Shown: in pieces, positions 19,510-27,623 of the stretch | Numbering within the stretch: position 1 is the first letter of the stretch | Layout: the number at the start of each line of letters is the position of its first letter | Assembly (NCBI GenBank): GCA_009711295.1 | Contig: WLST01000002.1 | Coordinates: 17,220-81,219, forward strand | Direction of reading: 5' to 3' | Source of the DNA: Actinomycetota bacterium | Lineage (GTDB): Bacteria; Actinomycetota; Acidimicrobiia; Acidimicrobiales; Ilumatobacteraceae | DNA: 64,000 bases | Program-made: the position numbers and the translations under genes | The notes under the pieces: generated by a model | Told to the model about the DNA's origin: nothing | The model's input: only the letters and a program-made list of their open reading frames with translations | The model's database searches: none

Positions 19510-19607
19510 AACTCAACAATACGACTGTTTCTAAGTTGTTGCACGCTTCTGCGAGATGACAAGATGACAGAGCACATGGGGTGATCAAGATATATGGGGT
19601 GTATGAA

Positions 19608-20828
19608 ATGATCGATTTTTCGTTTCCGGCTGAGGTAGAAGAAATTCGCCTGAAAGTTCGCAATTTTATGGACGATGTCGTTCGTCCTGCCTGGGATGCA
19701 ACTGATCAAAGTGATCGCAGTGCTGTTGTGAAAACTATTACGAGCTTGCGGGCGCGTGCCCGTAATGAAGAGCACCTCTGGTTGCCTCATATGCCCGCCG
19801 AATGGGGTGGCATGGGTTTGGGTGCCACGGCGATGGCTGCGGTTTCAGCTGAAGCCGCGAAGGTCAGTATCGGGCCATTCGTCTTAAATGCTCAAGCTCC
19901 AGATGAGGGAAACCAACACACACTTCATCACTGGGGTACTCCTGAACAAAAGGAAAAATATCTCCGTCCTTTGTGTGAAGGTACCACTCGTTCATGTTTC
20001 GCAATGACCGAGCCCGAGGTTGCAGGAAGCGACCCAACCCTCATTAAAACTTTTGCTTACCGTGATGGTGATGAATGGGTCATCAACGGGCACAAATGGT
20101 TTATCTCTGGGGCTCGCGGCGCAAAGTTTGCGTTACTCATTGCGCGCACCGAGGAAGACCCCGATCTTCCACAGGCAGCGAACTCATGTTTCATTGTCGA
20201 CTTGCCAAACCCTGGCTTTCGCATAGTTCGCGACATTCACACCATGTCGGGTGGGCACAATCACTGTGAAATCATGATCGAAGATCTCCGAGTACCTGCA
20301 GAAAATATGCTCGGTGGCCGAGGCCAAGGTCACCTCCTTGGTCAATATCGCCTCGGACCTGCTCGTCTTGCGCATTGCATGCGGTGGATTGGTCAGGCAG
20401 AAATTGCTCTCGACATGATGGTGAAGCGCTCACTCGAGCGTTTTTCACATGGTTCTTTGCTCGCAGAAAAACAGGGCATTCAATGGATGATTGCTGACTC
20501 TGCCATGGAGCTCTACCAGAGCAAGTTGATGGTTCTGCATGCGGCATACAAGCTAGAAAACAAACTCGACTTCATCTCAGAAGTATCTATGGCTAAGCAT
20601 TTTGTTGCAAATAGCCTCTGGAAAATCACCGATCGAGCAATTCAAGTACACGGCGCATTGGGTTACAGCACCGACACTCCGCTTGCGGGCATGCTCACTC
20701 AGGCACGCTGGAGTCGGTTTGCCGATGGTGCCGATGAAATACATCAAATGCGTATTGCGCAACGCACCATTGCTGCCTACAAAGATTTTGGTAGCACCAC
20801 GAAGGCAACCGGAGACCTTCCGCTCTAA
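19608..20828 (+). CDS. acyl-CoA dehydrogenase
   Basis: The ACAD middle-domain motif FAMTEPEVAGSD and a C-terminal helical domain. ATG 19608 (MIDFSFPAE...) is preferred over 19581. Confidence 0.88.
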   Translation: MIDFSFPAEVEEIRLKVRNFMDDVVRPAWDATDQSDRSAVVKTITSLRARARNEEHLWLPHMPAEWGGMGLGATAMAAVSAEAAKVSIGPFVLNAQAPDEGNQHTLHHWGTPEQKEKYLRPLCEGTTRSCFAMTEPEVAGSDPTLIKTFAYRDGDEWVINGHKWFISGARGAKFALLIARTEEDPDLPQAANSCFIVDLPNPGFRIVRDIHTMSGGHNHCEIMIEDLRVPAENMLGGRGQGHLLGQYRLGPARLAHCMRWIGQAEIALDMMVKRSLERFSHGSLLAEKQGIQWMIADSAMELYQSKLMVLHAAYKLENKLDFISEVSMAKHFVANSLWKITDRAIQVHGALGYSTDTPLAGMLTQARWSRFADGADEIHQMRIAQRTIAAYKDFGSTTKATGDLPL

Positions 20829-20857
20829 AGTGACGTGTCAATAAACGCTAGGAACCT

Positions 20858-21844
20858 ATGTACAGCAATGATGTGATTTTTGGAGTCTTCATGCCGCAAG
20901 GCTGGAAGATGGAGTTGTCGTCTATAGAAGGTGCCGAAGCAAAGTGGCAAACAAGCGTTGACATTGCTTTACGTGCAGAGGAACTGGGGTATCACTCCAT
21001 TTGGGTATACGACCATTTCCACAATGTGCCGCGCCCGGCGCAAGAAGCTGTATTCGAATGCTGGACCACCATGGCAGCTATTTCCCAGCGCACATCACGT
21101 ATACGACTGGGTCAAATGGTCGGATGTAATGGTTATCGCGAGCCAGGTTTGCTGGCAAAAATAACTTCCACCATCGACGTCATTTCCGGAGGACGCTTGG
21201 AATGGGGAATTGGTGCGGGCTGGTATGAAAACGAGTTTCGTGGATATGGCTACTCGTTTCCGAAGCCAAAAGATCGCATTGGTATGTTGAAGGAAAGCGT
21301 TGAAATTGTGAAGTCGATGTGGACTCAATCTGAAACCACGTACGACGGCAACTATTACAAACTCGTCCGAGCCAATTGCGACCCGAAACCGTTGCAGTCT
21401 CCACATCCACCTATATGGATTGGTGGAGGTGGCGAACAGCTCACCCTGCGAGTAGTGGCTGAACATGCCGATTGTTCCAATTTTGGTGGAAACCCAGCCG
21501 TATGGGAGCGTAAGCGCAACATTTTGAAAGAACATTGTGCAGCTGTCGGCCGCGATGAAGAGACCATTCGTAAAACGTGGTCTCCAGAAGTTTTCATTCG
21601 CTCAACAGAAAAAGAACTTGCTGAACGAACCATTGGTGGCTTGTGGGGTGAACCTGTGGACTCGTGGCGAGAAGGCAATCTGGTGGGTACGCCAGAGCAG
21701 GTAGCCGAAAAAATAAAGACTTACTTCGACTTGGGTTGCACTGGTTTCATTCCATGGTGTGCTGATTATCCCGACACAGAGTCGATGGAACGTTTAGCTA
21801 CAGAAGTAATGCCGGAGTTCGTTACACGTAATAACGCAAAATAA
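20858..21844 (+). CDS. LLM class F420-dependent oxidoreductase
   Basis: 328 aa. FGVFMPQGW..., WGIGAGW, IWIGGGGEQLTLR. Confidence 0.8.
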   Translation: MYSNDVIFGVFMPQGWKMELSSIEGAEAKWQTSVDIALRAEELGYHSIWVYDHFHNVPRPAQEAVFECWTTMAAISQRTSRIRLGQMVGCNGYREPGLLAKITSTIDVISGGRLEWGIGAGWYENEFRGYGYSFPKPKDRIGMLKESVEIVKSMWTQSETTYDGNYYKLVRANCDPKPLQSPHPPIWIGGGGEQLTLRVVAEHADCSNFGGNPAVWERKRNILKEHCAAVGRDEETIRKTWSPEVFIRSTEKELAERTIGGLWGEPVDSWREGNLVGTPEQVAEKIKTYFDLGCTGFIPWCADYPDTESMERLATEVMPEFVTRNNAK

Positions 21845-22289
21845 CTTCGGCAACGCAAGATGGCTTAGCAGCGCCTTCACATTCGAAAACAATCTCGAGA
21901 GTGACTTGTGCGCCACCGGCGATCTCGTCAACGTTCATGAGTTTTGCTCCGGCGCGTAGTTGAGCACCCACGGGAACTGGAGACATGAAGCGAACTTTGT
22001 TTGCGCCGTAGTTGACTCCCATTGAAATTCCGCTGACAGCAAAAATCTCGGGCAAGAAGACGGGTCCGAGCGACAAGGTGAGATACCCGTGAGCGATGGG
22101 CCCACCGAATGGGCCTGTCTTAGCGCGCTCAACATCAACATGGATCCACTGGAAATCGCCAGTTGCTTCGGCAAATTGATTGACGCGTTCCTGGGAAATG
22201 GTGAGGTAGCTGCTGTAGCCAAGGTGATTGCCTACTTCAGCCTTTAACCCGTCAATACCTGCGATGATCTTTGGTTGCTGCGATGTCAT
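21822..22289 (-). CDS. MaoC-like (R)-specific enoyl-CoA hydratase / hot-dog fold dehydratase
   Basis: 155 aa. Hydratase-2-type region GDFQWIHVDVERA...PIAHG. Confidence 0.8.
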   Translation of the reverse strand: MTSQQPKIIAGIDGLKAEVGNHLGYSSYLTISQERVNQFAEATGDFQWIHVDVERAKTGPFGGPIAHGYLTLSLGPVFLPEIFAVSGISMGVNYGANKVRFMSPVPVGAQLRAGAKLMNVDEIAGGAQVTLEIVFECEGAAKPSCVAEVILRYYV

Positions 22290-22337
22290 GGCTTTATTCT
22301 GTCATGCGTAGCAAAGAGCGAGAGAACTGAAAATCTT

Positions 22338-22760
22338 TTATTTGAACCAGATCTTTTGGTGGTTTTTGCTCTGCGGGTGAAGTAATAGGGCAATGAGGGC
22401 GACTTCAAATATTGCACTGAGCGAGTTCCCGCCGGTGAGTTTGTCGTAGAAGGAAACGGGCGCATCGTGAAATGCGAAATATCGCAAGATGAACGGCCCA
22501 AATGCAGCAGCCACGGCGAGGTAGTAACCCGCCTTGCGGCCATTGGCCATCAGCCAGCCACCTCCGGCAGATGAGGCGATGAGCAGCAGGCCAAGAACGA
22601 TACCGAAGCCATAGCGCACACGTAAATAGCCGAGATAGCCCGTGGTGTCGAGGACGGCAATGATGTCGAAAAAACCATTGAGGTACAAAAGCCATGTGGC
22701 AATCTGCAGCGTTTGGGGCTGCATGCGGTCGAACCACTGACGAGGGTCTGGGGATGTCAT
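22338..22760 (-). CDS. small integral membrane protein, unknown function
   Basis: 140 aa with about four hydrophobic segments. No recognisable family motif. Confidence 0.55.
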   Translation of the reverse strand: MTSPDPRQWFDRMQPQTLQIATWLLYLNGFFDIIAVLDTTGYLGYLRVRYGFGIVLGLLLIASSAGGGWLMANGRKAGYYLAVAAAFGPFILRYFAFHDAPVSFYDKLTGGNSLSAIFEVALIALLLHPQSKNHQKIWFK

Positions 22761-22778
22761 GGCTTTAGTCTGTCAGTT

Positions 22779-23741
22779 GTGAGTACTGCACCGCTGTCAT
22801 CTGCCCCACGTCCCTTTCGTTTCAGCGTGATGTCGAGTGGGGCCTCGAACGCGCATGCATGGCGTTCATTGGTGCGCCAAATAGACGACATGGGCTTCGA
22901 TGTTCTGCACGTGCCACAGCATCGTGGCACCAAGGGCTTTGGTCCCATTGCAGCACTTGCAAGTGCTGCAGAAATATCGTCACGGCTGCGCCTGGGTTCG
23001 CTGGTGTTCGACAATGAAAGCACTCACCCTGCCCTCTTGGCTAAAGATTTAGCCACTCTCGATCTGATCTCTGAGGGGCGGTTAGAGGTGGGTATTGGTG
23101 CAGGGTGGTTACCAGCCGATCATGAACCCTTAGGTCAGGCTTTCCCGGCTGCAGGGGAGCGAATTGAAAAACTCATGGAAGCCGTAGAGGTCTTGCGTGC
23201 GTGCTGGACTCTTCCGTCGGCTTCTTTTGCGGGCAAGCACTACCAACTCAATGAGCTGGCTAATGATCCTTTGCCTGTGCAGCAGCCTCATCCGCCGTTA
23301 CTCATTGGTGGTGGTGGCAAGCGAGTGCTCACATATGCAGCTCGTGTTGCAAACATCGTGAGCTTGGTACCCAATATGTCTGCTGGAAAAGTTGGACGTG
23401 AGTCGGCGGCTAATGCAACAGGCGCAGCAACATCGGAAAAATTGCACTGGGTGCGAGAATCTGCTGGGAGTCGTATCTCCGAAATTGAGTTACATACCAA
23501 TTTAACTAACGTGTTCATTACGAATGAAGTGCAACCGTTGATAGAAAAATTGGCGCGTGGATACGGTCTCGAGAATCATCAAGATGTTTTTGCTATACCG
23601 CACGTAGTATTAGGAACAGTAGAGCAGTGTGCTAATCAACTAATTCAACGTCGTGTTGAAACCGGAATTAGCCACTACACCGTTTTTGAATCAGGGCTCG
23701 CTGATTTTGGTCCTATTCTTCAACTGTTAGCAGGTAAATAA
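22779..23741 (+). CDS. LLM class F420-dependent oxidoreductase
   Basis: RPFRFSV first strand, IGAGW, LLIGGGGKRVLT. The start is uncertain. GTG 22779 avoids overlap with the divergent membrane-protein gene; ATG 22713 is the longest option. Confidence 0.75.
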   Translation: MSTAPLSSAPRPFRFSVMSSGASNAHAWRSLVRQIDDMGFDVLHVPQHRGTKGFGPIAALASAAEISSRLRLGSLVFDNESTHPALLAKDLATLDLISEGRLEVGIGAGWLPADHEPLGQAFPAAGERIEKLMEAVEVLRACWTLPSASFAGKHYQLNELANDPLPVQQPHPPLLIGGGGKRVLTYAARVANIVSLVPNMSAGKVGRESAANATGAATSEKLHWVRESAGSRISEIELHTNLTNVFITNEVQPLIEKLARGYGLENHQDVFAIPHVVLGTVEQCANQLIQRRVETGISHYTVFESGLADFGPILQLLAGK

Positions 23742-24617
23742 GTGTCAATGGACAACGTGGGTGTAACGCATAGCGGTTTCGTAGCATTTGTGGGTCGTCC
23801 CAATGTGGGGAAATCATCACTTGTGAACACCATCCTAGGAAGAAAAGTCAGCATCGTCTCAGACAAGCCCCAAACAACTCGGCATCGCATTCATGGAGTG
23901 CTCACTGTGCCACCAGCTCAGGTCATTTTCGTTGACACCCCGGGTCTGCACAAGCCGGTGAGCGCGTTAGGTCAACGCGTGAACGCAACTGCTCTTGCCA
24001 GTTCCGATGACGTCGATATTTCGTGTCTCGTCATCGACGCTACGCAAAGTTTTGGAAGCGGTGATCAGTGGGTGGTTGACAACGTGAACCTGGCACGCGC
24101 TGGTATGCGTTTCTTTGTCATCATCAATAAGGTCGATATCGCATCTCGGGAAAAAGTGCTAGCCCAGTTGGTGAAACTTTCTGCATTGAATGCTGAAGAG
24201 TACTTTCCGGTTTCTGCCAAGTCGGGTGAAGGTGTCGATGCATTGAAATCTGCTCTTCTCGCGGCAATGCCAGAGGGGCCGATGTACTACCCACCGAATG
24301 AAGTGCGCGATACTCCCGAAGCGGAATGGGTTGCAGAGCTAGTACGTGAAGAACTACTTGCCCTTGTGTTTGATGAATTGCCATATTCCATAGCAACGCG
24401 AGTGACGGAATGGGAATGGCCGCGTGTGCGCTGCGAAATTGTGGTGGAGCGAGACAGTCAAAAGGGCATGGTCATTGGCAAAAAGGGTGCGATTCTGAAA
24501 CAAGTAGGCGAGCGAGTGCGGATGCAAATGGCGCCTGGTGCCTTTATTGAACTGCACGTTGTAGTAGATAAAAATTGGCAGCAGCGCGCCGACCGTGTGG
24601 AGCGCTTAGGGTACTAA
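23742..24617 (+). CDS. era: GTPase Era
   Basis: G1 GRPNVGKSS, G3 DTPG, G4 NKVD, and a C-terminal KH domain. The GTG start directly abuts the upstream stop. Confidence 0.93.
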   Translation: MSMDNVGVTHSGFVAFVGRPNVGKSSLVNTILGRKVSIVSDKPQTTRHRIHGVLTVPPAQVIFVDTPGLHKPVSALGQRVNATALASSDDVDISCLVIDATQSFGSGDQWVVDNVNLARAGMRFFVIINKVDIASREKVLAQLVKLSALNAEEYFPVSAKSGEGVDALKSALLAAMPEGPMYYPPNEVRDTPEAEWVAELVREELLALVFDELPYSIATRVTEWEWPRVRCEIVVERDSQKGMVIGKKGAILKQVGERVRMQMAPGAFIELHVVVDKNWQQRADRVERLGY

Positions 24618-25265
24618 TCCTTCATTTTGGGGAGCGATGAATAACGGACTTGATGGTGCTGAAGAAAGCAGAAGACTTGCGTAGTCATCGAACGCAACTG
24701 GCTGGTTGGCCTTTGCTGTGTCACCGGCTCCGCGTGGTACCGATTGCGGGATTCCGTCAACAGTGAACAGCACCTGTCCAATGCCGGGCAAAGAGGTGAG
24801 CGTCAAAACGATCTGACCAATAGCTAAACGCTGCTCGAGTGTCGTTGCAATTTCCAGCAGTGAGTTATTTGCATCGACAACGGCAAGACCACGTGTGACT
24901 TCAACAGTCAGACTTAAGTTCTTGGGAATGGCGCTACGTGAGTAACTATTTTCCAAACTTTCGGGTCTGATACTTAGTAGCGCATCAATTGCATCTTGAG
25001 CCGTTGAATCTTGTTTCACATTCTGTTGCGTACCGATGAGCCTGTTGGTGGAAACGTAAAACAAAGAGATCTGGTTCCTCAGTTCATCCTCTGGATTCGT
25101 TGTGGTGGGAGACGGGGTCGTTGTAGAGGTCGTGGTTGTTTGGTCGAGCCCAAATGGCACATCGGTCACGATGCGAGCAGATCTGTCGGGACTTGGCCCG
25201 CAAGCGCTCACCAACGCGGTGCCCAAAGCAACTACAACGAAAAGCCTGAAGTGTCGCTTTGTCAT
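24606..25265 (-). CDS. GerMN-domain lipoprotein (short LpqB-like)
   Basis: Lipobox LVSAC after a hydrophobic signal sequence, a Thr/Pro-rich linker, then a GerMN-like domain. ATGA-coupled to the upstream histidine kinase, as lpqB is to mtrB. Confidence 0.7.
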   Translation of the reverse strand: MTKRHFRLFVVVALGTALVSACGPSPDRSARIVTDVPFGLDQTTTTSTTTPSPTTTNPEDELRNQISLFYVSTNRLIGTQQNVKQDSTAQDAIDALLSIRPESLENSYSRSAIPKNLSLTVEVTRGLAVVDANNSLLEIATTLEQRLAIGQIVLTLTSLPGIGQVLFTVDGIPQSVPRGAGDTAKANQPVAFDDYASLLLSSAPSSPLFIAPQNEGLVP

Positions 25266-26701
25266 GAAACGTCACTTTCAACAGGGATGGTGACGGTAAA
25301 TCGGAGTCCTGAACTTCCATTGTCGGTGTGATCAGAAATGGTAATTGTCCCTTCCATGACCTTTGCATGCTCCATTGCAATTGCCAAACCTAAACCAGAA
25401 CCCGTACCACGGGGGGCATTTCGTCCGCGTGCAAAACGATTAAACACATCTACTCGTTCATCAACGGGAAGCCCTGGACCATTGTCATCAACATGGATAG
25501 TGAGTAGAGCCTTTTCTTGGTGAATTGTGACTGCTGTCGCTCCACCTGCATGTTCTGCGGCATTTCCTAAGAGATTCACTAAGACGCGTTCAATTCTTAA
25601 TCGGTCGACGAATATTTGAGTGCGAACGACACTTGTATTAATGAGTGGGATACTTCCGAATTGGAATCGTTGTGCGATACGCGTAATGAGATCTTCAATG
25701 TCAACCGACTCAACGCGTATTTGGCTTGCTCCAGATTCCAGTCGCGATAGTTCTAAAAGATCAATGACCATGCGGTCGAATCTGCGTACTTGAGTATCGA
25801 TGATGTCAAATGCTTGCTGATTACGATCACTGAGTTCATGTCGTTTAGCAGCAAGAACCTCGATAGCCGCAGTGAGAGCCGTGATGGGTGAACGCAATTC
25901 ATGGCTCACGTCTGATGCAAATCGAATTTCTCGTTCAATTCTTTCTTGCACCGTGTCGGCCATCGCGTTGAACGAAGTAACTAGTTGGTCAAGGTCGGGG
26001 TCAGACTCAGGCGTGAGACGCGCATCGAGTTTTCCTTCTGCAATTTCGGCAGCGGTAGTAGCTACACGTCCGACTGGTCGCAATAGTCGCTTCGAAGCAA
26101 ACCATCCGAGAAGAAGTCCTGTCGATGTAGCAATCACCAAACCAGCGATGACCGCACTTAAAATGAAGCCAATAATTCGTTCTGTTTCGCGAAGAGAAAA
26201 AACTTCGAAGTAGTTTGCCCCCGCCGCTGCTACAGGTGTTCCGACTGCCTCGTACAAGTGGCCATCAAATGAGAACTTCTGGGTAGCCGCCTTGCCGCCT
26301 TGCACGGTCTTGAGCAACTCTTTGGGAATATTGGCCTGAGTGAATTTCAGTGGGTCAACCGAGTAGTAAAACCCCTCGGGGGTCAGCTGTAAAACGGCGT
26401 ATCCATCTGTTTCCGTGCGAATGTAGGAAACGAGAGATCCCACTGCATCGCGCTGTGTTTCAAGGTATGTGCCCATGAGCCGGGCATTGCTAAACGCTTG
26501 GCTGGTGATGACGTTGCCCCGCTGTTCCAGCAAATAAGAGCGCGAGAACGAATAGGTAGCAATGCCAGCGAGTAGCGATGTGGTGAAAGCGATGAGCCCA
26601 AATGAGGTGAGGGTGCGAGCGCGGAGCCCCAAGCTCTGATGGCGCGCGCGCTCGAAGCGTCTAAAAGGAGAGCGAGGGCGGTTCGGCATCACCAACAGCA
26701 T
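25262..26701 (-). CDS. mtrB: sensor histidine kinase, MtrB-like
   Basis: Two TM segments flank an extracytoplasmic region. HAMP domain, H-box SHELRSPITAL, and an ATPase G-box GSGLGLAIA. The start is uncertain (ATG 26701 or 26689, or GTG 26761). Confidence 0.8.
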   Translation of the reverse strand: MLLVMPNRPRSPFRRFERARHQSLGLRARTLTSFGLIAFTTSLLAGIATYSFSRSYLLEQRGNVITSQAFSNARLMGTYLETQRDAVGSLVSYIRTETDGYAVLQLTPEGFYYSVDPLKFTQANIPKELLKTVQGGKAATQKFSFDGHLYEAVGTPVAAAGANYFEVFSLRETERIIGFILSAVIAGLVIATSTGLLLGWFASKRLLRPVGRVATTAAEIAEGKLDARLTPESDPDLDQLVTSFNAMADTVQERIEREIRFASDVSHELRSPITALTAAIEVLAAKRHELSDRNQQAFDIIDTQVRRFDRMVIDLLELSRLESGASQIRVESVDIEDLITRIAQRFQFGSIPLINTSVVRTQIFVDRLRIERVLVNLLGNAAEHAGGATAVTIHQEKALLTIHVDDNGPGLPVDERVDVFNRFARGRNAPRGTGSGLGLAIAMEHAKVMEGTITISDHTDNGSSGLRFTVTIPVESDVS

Positions 26702-26786
26702 TACCGAAAGAAAGGAAACCTTCCCACCCGGTGAGCCGCTAAAGGGAAGAAAAGGGCCCACCGGGAGGAAAAACCACCGCTCATAG

Positions 26787-26825
26787 TGTGACGCTCAATT
26801 GTGACTTCCTGGCCCAATTTGTGTG
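26787..26825. promoter_or_regulatory. direct repeats TGTGAC (x2, 13-bp period) plus TGTGTG in the mtrB/mtrA divergent spacer; candidate response-regulator boxes
   Basis: TGTGAC at 26787-26792 and 26800-26805. CAATTGTGAC and CAATTTGTGTG are related decamers. The reverse complement, GTCACA, resembles the reported mycobacterial MtrA half-site. Confidence 0.3.
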
Positions 26826-26901
26826 CGTTTTCTGTAACAAAATGCCGTCATGACTCGATACTGGTGCCCCTGGAGGATCATTCAGTAGGCAGAATGGAGA
26901 G

Positions 26902-27618
26902 GTGTCCACTCTCTTACTCATTGAAGATGACGACAATATACGTCTTGCTCTACGCCTGTCACTTGAAGATGAGGGCTACTCAGTTGTTGAGGCGGCTAAC
27001 GGATCGCTTGGGCTGGAGGCCTTCGCCCAAAGCTCACCAGATGTCGTGCTTTTAGATCTGCGTCTACCTGATATCTCTGGTTTCGAAGTGTGTCGGCTGA
27101 TCAGACAAAAATCATTGGTCCCCATCATTATGGTGACTGCTCAAACCGACACTCACGATCTTGTTGCAGGTTTAGAGGCGGGTGCAGATGATTATGTCAC
27201 CAAGCCAGTCATTCCGAAAGAATTGGCAGCTCGTATACGTGCGGCTATGCGTCGTGTGCTGTTGCAAGAGGTGGTTCAGCCAAGTGGCGCGGCGTCACAG
27301 AGTCCGGCTTCATCGCAGGTGCACACGGTGAGAGATATTGAAATTCGTCGAGACCTTGGTGTGGTGCTGAAGGGTGGGGTTGAGCTGTCTCTCACGAAAA
27401 CCGAGTATCGCCTGTTATGTGAATTTGCTGACCACCCATTGATGGTGTTGTCACGCGACCAGTTGCTGGAAAGAGTGTGGGGATATGAGTATCTCGGCGA
27501 TAGTCGCATCGTCGATGCCCATGTGCGCCGATTGCGTTTGAAAATTGAGGATCACCCCGACGACCCACAAATTATTGCTACGGCACGTGGCGTGGGTTAC
27601 CGGCTCATGCCGGCATAA
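26902..27618 (+). CDS. mtrA: OmpR/PhoB-family response regulator, MtrA-like
   Basis: Receiver domain (LLIEDDD, VVLLDLRLPD, MVTAQTDTHDLVAGLEAGADDYVTKP) plus a winged-helix domain (RVWGYEY...VDAHVRRLRLKI...ARGVGYRL). GTG start. Confidence 0.85.
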   Translation: MSTLLLIEDDDNIRLALRLSLEDEGYSVVEAANGSLGLEAFAQSSPDVVLLDLRLPDISGFEVCRLIRQKSLVPIIMVTAQTDTHDLVAGLEAGADDYVTKPVIPKELAARIRAAMRRVLLQEVVQPSGAASQSPASSQVHTVRDIEIRRDLGVVLKGGVELSLTKTEYRLLCEFADHPLMVLSRDQLLERVWGYEYLGDSRIVDAHVRRLRLKIEDHPDDPQIIATARGVGYRLMPA

Positions 27619-27623
27619 AAATT

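Noticed and set aside
27619-27623. An AT-rich near-palindrome (CATAAAAATTTTATTG) between the convergent mtrA-like and dinG stops, considered as a possible bidirectional terminator.
   Set aside because: It is not a perfect inverted repeat, has essentially no G/C stem, and mostly overlaps the stop codons. It is not supportable as a terminator.
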